Of a stretch of 64,000 bases of DNA, positions 22,103-31,992 are shown piece by piece; position 1 is the first letter of the stretch; each line of letters begins with the position of its first letter. Position numbers and translations under genes: made by a program. Below the pieces are notes generated by a model, which worked only from the letters and a program-made list of their open reading frames with translations, was not told the origin of the DNA and did not search any database. This DNA is from Histomonas meleagridis 2922-C6/04-290x (Eukaryota > Protista > Parabasalia): contig JAANOX010000231.1 of the NCBI GenBank assembly GCA_020184695.1, positions 248,001 through 312,000 of the forward strand, read 5' to 3'.

Positions 22103-22906
22103 TTACTCCAAGTTGATGTTAACCTTTGTAACTTTGAATTCATTATCCTTTGCAAGGATATCGCTATATTGCACAAATGGATGTGCTTCAGGTTCCTTCT
22201 GTTCCCATTGATCTGGGGTTAAGAAGGAATAGGTGGCTTCGATGGCTTTGTATGTGGCAACAAGGAAGTTAGCTGATGTCTTAGTATTACCAATTGATGA
22301 TGTGAAAAGATCTTCGAAGCCAGCCATGGCTAAAAGTTTCTTGGCAACTGAACCTGCAACAATGCCTGATCCACGTGGTGCTGGAATAAGTCTAACGCGA
22401 ACTGATCCGCATTTTCCTGTTACTGTATTTGGAACAGTATGTGGTTGGCCAATCTTGTTACCCCAGTAACCACGACGAACTGGAAGAATTGAAAGCTTTG
22501 CATAGATCAAAGCACCTTTAATGGCATTTGCAACTTCAGCAGAAGTCTTAATACCAAGACCAACATGTCCGTCATAGTCACCAACAGCAACAACAGCCTT
22601 AAAACGAGTACGTTGACCTGCACGTGTTTGTTTCTGAACTGGCATAATCTTCATGACTTCATCCTTTAAGTTATCACCTAAGAGTGCATCAATAATTTCT
22701 GGTTCTTTAATTGGCATAGCATGAAGATAGATTTGTTCGATAGATGTGATACGGCCAGAAGCAACTAAACGACCTAACTTGGTCTTTGGTTGCCATTTAT
22801 CTTTTCCACCTCTGTTTTGAGCATTGCGTTGCGGGCGCTCGCGCTGTTGGCGGCCACGCATTCCGCCACGGCGTTGTTCGCCTTGCTGCTTTGGAGCTTC
22901 AGACAT
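22103..22906 (-). CDS. RPS2: 40S ribosomal protein S2 (uS5)
   Basis: [33 protein letters not shown] and [11 protein letters not shown], with an RGG-like N-terminus. Confidence 0.98.
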   Translation of the reverse strand: MSEAPKQQGEQRRGGMRGRQQRERPQRNAQNRGGKDKWQPKTKLGRLVASGRITSIEQIYLHAMPIKEPEIIDALLGDNLKDEVMKIMPVQKQTRAGQRTRFKAVVAVGDYDGHVGLGIKTSAEVANAIKGALIYAKLSILPVRRGYWGNKIGQPHTVPNTVTGKCGSVRVRLIPAPRGSGIVAGSVAKKLLAMAGFEDLFTSSIGNTKTSANFLVATYKAIEATYSFLTPDQWEQKEPEAHPFVQYSDILAKDNEFKVTKVNINLE

Positions 22907-22912
22907 TGAACA

Positions 22913-22917
22913 AAAGG
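22913..22917 (-). promoter_or_regulatory. M5 core-promoter motif (CCTTT) before rpS2
   Basis: Minus strand reads CTTCCTTTTGTTCAATG. M5 is the Inr alternative known from trichomonad ribosomal-protein genes. Confidence 0.65.
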
Positions 22918-22925
22918 AAGACCAT

Positions 22926-22941
22926 AACCGTTATAACGGTT
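22926..22941. promoter_or_regulatory. Perfect 16-bp palindrome AACCGTTATAACGGTT, two opposed M3 (Myb-type) motifs in the rpS2/pdxK divergent promoter
   Basis: The palindrome was read directly from the sequence. Each half matches the M3 consensus [AGT][AG]C[GC]GTT. Confidence 0.6.
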
Positions 22942-23092
22942 TTATCCTATCGTTCATAACGGCCGACCTTAGCTCATTTTTTAAACGTGCTTTTGTACAA
23001 TTTTGGGGTGCCTCGTTTCAGGGGGCCCTTAGTCCAGACGATAAAAATTCACCTCACGGGGCCGCTTATGAACATTGGTCAAGTAAAATTTT

Positions 23093-23995
23093 ATGAATAA
23101 AAACATTCCTTGCGTGCTTTCAATTCAAAGCCATATGGTACACGGTCGAAGTGGAAATCGAGCTGCTGTATTCCCACTTGAAGTTAATGGAATTTTTGTC
23201 GATCCATTAAATACATGTCATTTTTCAGCACATTCAGCATATCCACGTTTCAATGGACAAGTCCTTTCAACAAGGCAATTAGATGACACAATAGATGGAC
23301 TTATAGCTAATAACATTTTTCAAAATTATACTCATCTTTTAACAGGCTATTTAGCAGATGCTTCTATTGCTCATCAAGTTTATACAATTCACAAAATGAT
23401 GAATAATGTTACATATATTTGTGATCCTGTTCTTGGTGATAATGGTCATTTCTATAGTGGCCGTAATTTTCAAACACAATTAGATGTTATGAAAAAAGAA
23501 CTTATACCAGTGGCAGATACTGTCACACCTAATTCATATGAAGCTATGTGGCTTACCGGATATGAGTCAATGAATAATCCACACGAATTAGTTGAAGTTG
23601 TTTCATCCCTTCACAACTTAGGCCCTCGTAATATTATTATAACAAGCACAGAATGGAGCCGTAGATTCACATATTTCTCATGGAATAAGGGTGAATATCA
23701 AATTGCTGTTGAAACCCCTTCATTTTCACGTAGCTTTGATGGGCCTGGCGATGTTTTCACAGCTTTGCTTCTTGCAAATATGATCAATTTTAATGATCAA
23801 TATGAAACAATTTCTATTCGGACTGTTAATTCAATATACTCAGTTCTTGAGAAAACCGAAGAATTACATGAAAGAGAACTTGCTATTTATGGATCAGTGA
23901 ACGTGATGCGTGATCCTGTTCTGAGGTTTGGTTGTATTTCTTATGAAGAATTTGTGAATCTCCAAGCCGAAGCAAATGATTCATCACAAGTATAG
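23093..23995 (+). CDS. pdxK: Pyridoxal kinase (ribokinase/PfkB family)
   Basis: VLSIQSHMVHGRSGNRAAVFPL, LLTGYL, CDPVLGDNG, VTPNSYEA and GPGDVF. Confidence 0.92.
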   Translation: MNKNIPCVLSIQSHMVHGRSGNRAAVFPLEVNGIFVDPLNTCHFSAHSAYPRFNGQVLSTRQLDDTIDGLIANNIFQNYTHLLTGYLADASIAHQVYTIHKMMNNVTYICDPVLGDNGHFYSGRNFQTQLDVMKKELIPVADTVTPNSYEAMWLTGYESMNNPHELVEVVSSLHNLGPRNIIITSTEWSRRFTYFSWNKGEYQIAVETPSFSRSFDGPGDVFTALLLANMINFNDQYETISIRTVNSIYSVLEKTEELHERELAIYGSVNVMRDPVLRFGCISYEEFVNLQAEANDSSQV

Positions 23996-24202
23996 TCATT
24001 TTGTCTATTTAATTGTTATATAAACCTAGAATTAAATCATTGTTGGGTAATTTTTTTTAAACGGTCTGTGTATTGTTTTAAATGGTTTACTTGACAAATG
24101 AAATCGATACCCTTTTGATTTTTTCAATTGACTGATTATTCCAAACCTTTGAAAATTAACTTTTTGAATTCAAATATTCTGGTGACCGTTTAAGTTAATG
24201 GA

Positions 24203-25516
24203 ATGTACATTCCACCATCCCATGTAAACCTAAGCTCAGAATTCGTAGACTTAATTCCACCTGACTCGAAAGAAGGGGGATCTGTTATTGGTTCAATGGG
24301 AAGAAATATTAACATACTACAAAAATACTTTGATCAAATTTGTTACCATGTTGACACGAAAAAAAAATTAACATATAAACTTCCAATAAAAGACCCAAAT
24401 GGAAATGTTGAAAATGCAAAATTATATTTAAAGCATCTTCAGAATAAATTTCAGAAATTTAAAGGAAGCTTTTTTTCATATTACTCTGTTATAGTCTCTC
24501 AAATAGTTACATTTATGATGCAATGCCAAGAAAGTAATCTTCCAGCCAAGTGTCATATAAAAAGTCTTAAAAGATATGTTCAAAAAGAATATACCAAAAA
24601 TAAAACACAAATTAAACTCCGTTCCAAGATCGCAAAGATCGAAGACTATATTAAACAAAACGAAACCATCTATCCTGAATATGATTTTCAATTATTACAA
24701 ATTCAACTAGCCAAAAGTATTCATTTCATTGATCAAAAGACGCTTTACTCTCCTGAATCGGAAGTTGATGTTCTTATTAACCAATATATATATCCACGTA
24801 TTGAAGATATTGATGAGATACTTCATGATATTCTTAAATCACAAAAACCCAAACTATTAAACTTCACGAAACTTGAAATCTTCATTAAAGAAGTCATTAA
24901 TGAGTTACAACCAAAGAATGAAGAAGAATATTATATCATACGTAATTCCTTATTACGAATTTGTTTTTCACAACTTCATATTATATCGCCGAATTTACTT
25001 TTTGATCTTGACCCTATCTCGTTTTCTAACAGTTGTAACACTGTCATCAAATCAACTCCAAAAGATTTGTGTCTGAATGAACGATTATTTTCGATTGAAA
25101 TGCTTGACAAAACGATCATCGAACTAACCGAAACTAATTCACACCTGAAGGAAGCGACTGAAAACTTAAAATTGTTAAATTTTTATGTTAATCCCCCGGA
25201 TATCCTTAATTGTGTTTTTAGTAGTTTAAAATGTTGTGAGATGTTTGTTCATGATAATACATATGATGAGAAAAAGAAGAAATCGAAAGTTCAATCGGAA
25301 ATGTCGTTTGACGATTTCTTCCCTTTGTTCTTGGCAATCTTCGCGGTGAACCCGCCGCCAAACTCACTAAGAATCGGATGGTTCTTCACGGCGATGTACG
25401 GAATCGACATGGCAATACCGTTCTCATTCGCAAAGCTGATTCTGACATCGGCTATCAACACATTAAAAGATTTCTCACTTGAAAGGTTTAGAATGGTATC
25501 AAGTGATTCGTTTTAA
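24203..25516 (+). CDS. VPS9-like domain protein (putative Rab5-family GEF, divergent)
   Basis: C-terminal VNPPDILNCV...MSFDDFFPLFLAIFAVNPP resembles VPS9 P.DKL.CI...ADDLLP...NP. Confidence 0.55.
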   Translation: MYIPPSHVNLSSEFVDLIPPDSKEGGSVIGSMGRNINILQKYFDQICYHVDTKKKLTYKLPIKDPNGNVENAKLYLKHLQNKFQKFKGSFFSYYSVIVSQIVTFMMQCQESNLPAKCHIKSLKRYVQKEYTKNKTQIKLRSKIAKIEDYIKQNETIYPEYDFQLLQIQLAKSIHFIDQKTLYSPESEVDVLINQYIYPRIEDIDEILHDILKSQKPKLLNFTKLEIFIKEVINELQPKNEEEYYIIRNSLLRICFSQLHIISPNLLFDLDPISFSNSCNTVIKSTPKDLCLNERLFSIEMLDKTIIELTETNSHLKEATENLKLLNFYVNPPDILNCVFSSLKCCEMFVHDNTYDEKKKKSKVQSEMSFDDFFPLFLAIFAVNPPPNSLRIGWFFTAMYGIDMAIPFSFAKLILTSAINTLKDFSLERFRMVSSDSF

Positions 25517-26141
25517 ATAAAAGAAATATTATTATGGATTTTTGACTTGTTTATTTTTGGTTTTATGAAATAGTAATTTTAATAGAAAATAAAATGAAAA
25601 TGGTTTCAATTGTTATATAAGTTTTTATTGTTGTGTATTATTTGAACTTATGTTAAACTTTCAATTTTACCTCATGTAATGGAGTTTACTCTTTTAATAC
25701 ATTTAATTATCTAATATTGTCATTTCAAAATGTTCCATAGATAAACTTTGAAACATATAAAGTGGTTTCCCAAACACTTCAGTTTTTGAATATAAATCCG
25801 ATGATTTTTCATTCATTCGATTCTATCGTTGGGAAACCTTTCTGCAACCACTTTACAATGCTTCGATCATTGATATTTTATTACTATTCTTGCAAGACGT
25901 AAGCGAATATTTTAAAAAATTATAACATATTTGTGATATACAATTACATTTTAATGAATTTTACTATTTTATATTTCATTAATTATCAAAAAGTATTAAA
26001 ATTCTTGGAAATAATATAAAATACACAATAACTCATACAATTACGCAAACTCAACAAAAAATAAGAAAATGAAAAATATTATGAACCTAATACCCAAAGA
26101 AAATATAAAATAAAATAATCTCGAATTTAAGTGAACATTCA

Positions 26142-28070
26142 TTAGTTATCTTCGAAATCATCATCAAAAGGATCATCTTTTGTTGCATTATAAAGTGGGT
26201 TCTCGTAAATTATAGTGGCATCCTTTTCAATGCTACCATTCAGTGCTTCTCCTATAGCTGAAGCGCCAGCAGAAGAACCGAATTTCTTGAAAATAGCAAC
26301 AGCAGCAGCCACAATTGCAGCAACCCCAGCAGCAGAACCGGCAATTATATAATATTTAAGATTGCTATTTTCTTCGCCATTACCTCTTCCTTGTCCTTCA
26401 TCCTGAGGTGGAATTCCATTAATAAATGAAGCAGAAGGTGATTGTGAAGCAGAAATTGATTTTGACGGAGATGCTGATGCTGATATTGAACGTGACGCAG
26501 AAATACTTTCGGAAGGTGAACGAGAAGGCGAAGGAGATTGAGAAGGTGTTGGATCAGGAATTGGAATTAATACTTTTTGCATCGTGCCAACATTACCAGC
26601 ACCATCAACAGCTGCAACATATACACGCATACCATTTGTTATTTGTTCTGATGTAAGTGGAATGAAATTATCTTTTGTGGTATTAACTAATTCACTTAAT
26701 CGTACTTCAGGTTTTGAAGTAATTATATATTTATAATGATCAATTCCAGTAGTAACTTCTGTTTCAACTACTGGAGATTCAGCATAGAGTTTATCATTTG
26801 ATCTTTCATGTGCTTCGACTTTAAATTTGTATGATGATCCATGATCCTCACCAAGAATATCAACTCCATAAGCATCAGGTAAATAATTAAGTCTAACTTT
26901 AGGTGCTTCATAATCTTGTGATGAATGGTCTTCAGTAAATGTTTCATAGGTTCTTTGATTTAAATAATAAATTGTATTTGCAATGACTTTCCTTTCATCA
27001 ACTGTTGAATCACAATTACTATGACCTGTTTGAATTACAGCCGTGTTGTTCTTTGTTGATAAGTAAAAGTTATGTTGGAGTCCATTTGTATCCTTCTTTG
27101 TAGGATTAAAATCATTATTTGTATCACCTAATGTCATCCATACATCACCAAGTGTTGCATGAGAATTTGTATGTGTAGTTGGAATGGATAAAACTGTACC
27201 AACATCTCCAATTTCATATGGATAATTAGTTAATAAACCTTTACGAACAATCGTAACTTTGTCTTTTTGGATAAAGTTATAAGTCATTGATTTGCCTTCA
27301 TATGTTTGATCTGTGTATAAAGATTTAATGCCGAATGAATCTCGAATTTTAAGTAAGCTTGTTGCTTGATTACCAACATAAAAATCATGCGCAATTGAAT
27401 CATGTCCAGCCAAGAAACCGTAACCTTTATCAATGTATGGTTTTATATGTTTTTCAGCAGTGGTTGTCTTAATTCCATAATGAGAACTAGCATCCCAAGT
27501 TCCGAAAACAATTACTTGATAATCATAAATGAATGAACTATTTGCTGTTATGTTAGATTCAAAATCATTAATTGAGATTGGTGTAACAAAAATTAATTGT
27601 TTTCCAATTTGGTCGATACCAAAAGCTGTGAAATTGGTTACTTTGGTTCCTTCTCGAATTTTTCCACCTTCCATCCAAACTTTTAAGGCTGCTGACTTAG
27701 ATAACCGATGCCAAGGTTTATTATCATCTTCACCTGCAAATTTAAATTCGACTACTTTAGTTTGATAATTAAGATTATTATATTTAGATCTTTGACCATT
27801 GTTTCCATCTATTTGACTTGGATATATATTTAAAACATCAACACGTGTGCCAGCTTTATATGTACTTATTTGTTTCCAAGATGCATCCCATTCCCCATTA
27901 GTATTTTTAGTTTTTTGGAAAACCTTATAATAAATGTCTTGACCAGTAATTGATGACCAACTTAAATATGTACCACCTTTTCCTGATGCATATGAAGCAT
28001 TTACAGTGACTTCCAAGTCTATCTTTACTGCATTATTAGCAATGCCTTGTACAAGTAAAAGAGAAAGCAT
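26142..28070 (-). CDS. Type I membrane surface protein: signal peptide, bacterial-like extracellular domain, S/P/A stalk, TM helix and NPLY/acidic tail
   Basis: MLSLLLVQG signal, VDVLNIYP, VIVFGTWD, FLAGHDSI, LLTNYPYEIG and TGHSNC motifs, PSPSRSPS stalk, TM IIAGSAAGVAAIVAAAVAIF, and tail YENPLY...DDPFDDDFED. Confidence 0.8.
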   Translation of the reverse strand: MLSLLLVQGIANNAVKIDLEVTVNASYASGKGGTYLSWSSITGQDIYYKVFQKTKNTNGEWDASWKQISTYKAGTRVDVLNIYPSQIDGNNGQRSKYNNLNYQTKVVEFKFAGEDDNKPWHRLSKSAALKVWMEGGKIREGTKVTNFTAFGIDQIGKQLIFVTPISINDFESNITANSSFIYDYQVIVFGTWDASSHYGIKTTTAEKHIKPYIDKGYGFLAGHDSIAHDFYVGNQATSLLKIRDSFGIKSLYTDQTYEGKSMTYNFIQKDKVTIVRKGLLTNYPYEIGDVGTVLSIPTTHTNSHATLGDVWMTLGDTNNDFNPTKKDTNGLQHNFYLSTKNNTAVIQTGHSNCDSTVDERKVIANTIYYLNQRTYETFTEDHSSQDYEAPKVRLNYLPDAYGVDILGEDHGSSYKFKVEAHERSNDKLYAESPVVETEVTTGIDHYKYIITSKPEVRLSELVNTTKDNFIPLTSEQITNGMRVYVAAVDGAGNVGTMQKVLIPIPDPTPSQSPSPSRSPSESISASRSISASASPSKSISASQSPSASFINGIPPQDEGQGRGNGEENSNLKYYIIAGSAAGVAAIVAAAVAIFKKFGSSAGASAIGEALNGSIEKDATIIYENPLYNATKDDPFDDDFEDN

Positions 28071-29167
28071 AAAATATTAATGAAGCTATCAGTTGACTTA
28101 CCAGCGACTTTTCATAATTGCAGAAAAAGCCGTATCGGTTATTCAATTTTTGAAAGATCCAAAAACCTGTTGTAAAACATGCCAACACAAATAATCAAAT
28201 ATGATTTGTATAACATATGATGAATTTTTTAAACTATAAACCATATAATATTAATCACTTATATATATTTCAAGTAAATATAAATCACAATGATTAAATA
28301 ATCTGAATATAGCAATATAAATCTATTTTGGAACAAAAAACTGGACGTTCAGAACGTCATAGCTACTTTTTCAAAAGAATATTTTTTTTTGAATGTTGGA
28401 CAGACGATATGATGTTTGTAAACTAATCAATCAAAATTGACAACAAACTTAGTCAAAAACAAACGATAGAATCTAACTTAGTTTTTTCACTGTTGTTGTG
28501 TTTTCGAAACAAATTAAATTAAATTTATTAATATCTCAACATTGGTGTTAAAACAATTCCTGCCTGTTGAAAGTGTTTAGCAAAAAGCCTTTAACATTGG
28601 GATTAAAGGAATTCGTTACATGAGATGAAAATTTTATTTACTAACATAGATAAGATATTCACATCATAAAGCAAAAAACATGCATGTTTCAAACGTGAAT
28701 ATGCACTTTACTGCAAGTAATAGAATAAATCACACAAATCATTTTCTGATGTACATGTTACAATTTAATAAACAACACTCAAACATACTACTTCATCAAA
28801 AATGACTTTTTATCAAATGATTATCATGCATCATTTCGAATGTTATTTGATCAAACATAAATCTATGTTTCTATTCATCAATAAATTTCAAAAAATAATT
28901 TTCCAATTAAAATAATTTGCAAATTATATATTCTTTTCCGGCAAAAAATCACCACAAATACTTAATATAATTAACAAATTAGATTTCTTTCCCAAACGAT
29001 ATGTAACACTTTCAAAAATATTATTTTGATGTGCATAAGTTAAGGCCATTTATCCATTCATATTTGAATTTGTACACTTATCGTTTTATTTGAGATTCTG
29101 GGGAAAATGGGGGTGCCCCGAACTCAAATTAACCTACCGTTTTCGTCACTTTTTTCAAGGACAAGAA

Positions 29168-29893
29168 ATGAACAGGAAAGACAATTCAAATAATAACTAT
29201 AAAAAAGAGTACCAAGACAACCAGTTCCCCGACTTTGACTCTAGCCGCGGCAGAGGTTCTTATGATGAAGGACTAATAAATGAATACGATAAATTTAAAC
29301 AAAATAGAAGACAACGCTCAACTAGCCCTAGGGTAGGGAACATACCAAAGTCACATTCTGTGGGTCATATGCCTTCCAAAAGAAATCCTTTCTATTATGA
29401 GCCAGCGAAGGATGATCGATCACAAACTTCAATGCCATCACCAATCCAACCTAAACATGATCCTACTCCTGAGTTCGAATTTAAACCAGAACTCCTTGAA
29501 GATCACACAGACAATCAATCAAATAAACAAACCCAAAGCACAACGCCAAAGTCATTACCTTCAGAACGTTCACAACAAATGAATACTTCATCACAATCAG
29601 GACAGCGTGGACGAAATAATCAATACAATCAAATGAACAGAAACAGACAGGGCCAAAAGTCCCAACATGAACAACCATCACACTCTCCATCCCATCAGCA
29701 AGCAGAACCTCCAAAAGAAAACTCAAATTCGGAGAAACAAACTCCCAATAAACCATTTAATGCCTTTAACATGTCTCCACAAAAAGGTAGCCAAAGTAAC
29801 ATGCGCAACCACGATAATTACCACAAAGGATACCGCGGGGGAAACAAAAAGAATTTCTATGATTACAAGAGCAACTCCAAAGGCACCCCATAA
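29168..29893 (+). CDS. Low-complexity Q/N/S/P-rich hypothetical protein
   Basis: Open frame from ATG 29168 (MNRKD), hydrophilic and disordered, with RGRG/RGG motifs. Confidence 0.6.
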   Translation: MNRKDNSNNNYKKEYQDNQFPDFDSSRGRGSYDEGLINEYDKFKQNRRQRSTSPRVGNIPKSHSVGHMPSKRNPFYYEPAKDDRSQTSMPSPIQPKHDPTPEFEFKPELLEDHTDNQSNKQTQSTTPKSLPSERSQQMNTSSQSGQRGRNNQYNQMNRNRQGQKSQHEQPSHSPSHQQAEPPKENSNSEKQTPNKPFNAFNMSPQKGSQSNMRNHDNYHKGYRGGNKKNFYDYKSNSKGTP

Positions 29894-29938
29894 ACAGAGC
29901 ACCCCGTAAACGGAGTACCCCGAAACTAGGGTGCCCCG
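29883..29938. repeat. GC-rich 16-bp tandem repeat, 3.5 copies (GYRCCCC..AAAC)
   Basis: Units start at 29883, 29899, 29915 and 29931: GCACCCCATAAACAGA / GCACCCCGTAAACGGA / GTACCCCGAAACTAGG / GTGCCCCG. Confidence 0.8.
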
Positions 29939-30000
29939 TTGCTGAAAGCAACCAAATTGATTAAAAGATTTATACATTGTATTCTTTAATTTTTTCGCGA

Positions 30001-31074
30001 CTAAAAATCTTCGAGCATGAAGTTCTGATAGCGGTCTATTGATTGTTGTTGACTTGTTCCTTCACCAAAAGATGCAATGTGCATAAACATTGAGCTTCCA
30101 GGATGATCCTCATCAACACTTTCGAGCATGTATTTCCATGAGCTACCATCTCCGACAGTTGGTTTGTCTGCCGTTTCGATTTGTATCTCTTGTTGATCAT
30201 CTTCAGATACCTGAGGCTCAGTAACAGAGTATCTTCCGAGAATCGTCGCAATCGATGCGGTCTTCTTTAGTGTCTGCGATATTATGGAAAGGAGAATATC
30301 TTTGAGTGGCTGCGATAATCCACGAGTTGTATCAGTTTGTGGAAAACGAGCAATAACATTTCCTTTCTCTTTTGGCCATTCCGTAGACATGTTCTTGTAA
30401 CGAAGAATGTTGTTTTTGGCTTCGTTAAGTTGCATATCAAATGAACGGATTTTGTTAATAAGGCTTATGGTGTTAAGACCTTGATCAATAGCTTCACGTG
30501 CTTGCTTTTGAAGATCTTCAATGTCTAAATTCGCAGGATCTAAGTCCCCATATGTCCTTAATAAATAAAGTATCTTTTCCCTAGAAAGAACATTCGATTC
30601 TTCTTTTGTCAAACAACCAGACCTCAAACGCCACCATGACCAAACGCTTCCGATGGCTTGAGAAATGTTCATACGCTTTGGTTGTCCATTAACATATAAT
30701 CTGACATCACCAGAGCCTGCTGTTTTTGAATGAATTTGATAAAAGAAATCAGCCTGACTACTTATAGAAGCAGCACGGACTTGGAAGCCTGGCTGATGAG
30801 TGAGGTATTTTTCTATGTAAACATTAATACCATTACTACAAAGGGTTGTAATAAATTGGTCAGTTAGTGCTTTCACTTTTGCGTTCCCAAAGTCGCATAC
30901 AAAAACATGAACGAGTGGTTGACGTGGAGTAATTAAATTTGATGGACTTTGAGGATTTGTTATTGAATAATTTTTAGGTTGCTCTTGTGGACTCCTTGGG
31001 TTTGTGTTTGGAGGTCCGAAATGAAGTCCTCGAACAGGCCTTTGAACAGTGATATTAATTTGGTTTTGCTTCAT
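30001..31074 (-). CDS. Hypothetical protein (alpha/beta N-terminal domain plus helical region)
   Basis: 357-aa ATG-started ORF with coding-like composition; no family recognised. Confidence 0.7.
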   Translation of the reverse strand: MKQNQINITVQRPVRGLHFGPPNTNPRSPQEQPKNYSITNPQSPSNLITPRQPLVHVFVCDFGNAKVKALTDQFITTLCSNGINVYIEKYLTHQPGFQVRAASISSQADFFYQIHSKTAGSGDVRLYVNGQPKRMNISQAIGSVWSWWRLRSGCLTKEESNVLSREKILYLLRTYGDLDPANLDIEDLQKQAREAIDQGLNTISLINKIRSFDMQLNEAKNNILRYKNMSTEWPKEKGNVIARFPQTDTTRGLSQPLKDILLSIISQTLKKTASIATILGRYSVTEPQVSEDDQQEIQIETADKPTVGDGSSWKYMLESVDEDHPGSSMFMHIASFGEGTSQQQSIDRYQNFMLEDF

Positions 31075-31257
31075 TAAATTTTGGAATGCGACCGTTTATC
31101 TAAAATCACTTTTGTTTATATTTTTGAAGGAAAAGTTGGACAAAATGAATAAAATCTTGGCTTAACTAATGTTAGAAGGTATTTAAGCTCGAATTTTTTT
31201 TAGTAGTTTGATGATTTAATTGTTAAGTAACTCTTTGATAATTATTAAATTTTTCTT

Positions 31258-31719
31258 TTATTCATGAATCTTAGTTTCCTCAGGTTGTGTTACTTGTTGT
31301 TGTGTATCTACAAATGATAGCATAATATCGTTCTGTTTCACGAAATTTTTGATTGAATAATTTTTACTTTCTATTGAAAGCCATTTCTTTTTTAAATCTC
31401 TTCCTGTTCTTCCAGTAGGACCAAAAACTGTATGAAAACTTCCAAGAATTTGAGCCCATTTTCCTTTTCCATATTTTTCGACACCTGCTTTTAGTGCTTC
31501 GATTTCAACAGATGACCAACGAATTGGAACCCTTTTACCGTCAACTATTTGTCTGTTTTTTTGTTCTATCACGTGTATTACCGGTTCATTCTTATTTAAT
31601 TGATATTCATTTTTCATATAAATTGAATAGCACTTACATAAATCTTGATGTGTGAAATTTAACCTTGGTAATCTTTGTATAAGCTCATTTAAACTTTCAT
31701 TTTCTGCTGTTTCCCCCAT
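31258..31719 (-). CDS. Single Myb/SANT domain protein, TRF/telobox-like
   Basis: RWSSVEIEALKAGVEKYGKGKWAQIL...RTGRDLKKKW. Confidence 0.8.
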   Translation of the reverse strand: MGETAENESLNELIQRLPRLNFTHQDLCKCYSIYMKNEYQLNKNEPVIHVIEQKNRQIVDGKRVPIRWSSVEIEALKAGVEKYGKGKWAQILGSFHTVFGPTGRTGRDLKKKWLSIESKNYSIKNFVKQNDIMLSFVDTQQQVTQPEETKIHE

Positions 31720-31992
31720 GGAGTTTTGGCGGGTTTATTAAAAAAAAGCTAAAATTGACTATGTCTGTTTGATTTTACGAAAAACTTTTACTCGAGTTAT
31801 ATTTTATTTATACAAGTAAAAATAGATATTTCCTTCATATTTTATGTTTACGCATTCCAATCATTCATAAAAACATCCATTTTGAATATATATCAATACT
31901 TTAATTTTACAATTAAATCATCAAAAAAAAAATATTTTAATATAGTAAAAAGATTATTTTTTATTCAAATGAAATATAATATTTGAACAATT

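Noticed and set aside
25764-25838. 10-bp inverted repeat GGTTTCCCAA/TTGGGAAACC with a 55-nt spacer
   Set aside because: It is too short to exclude chance, with no target-site duplication and no second copy in the window.
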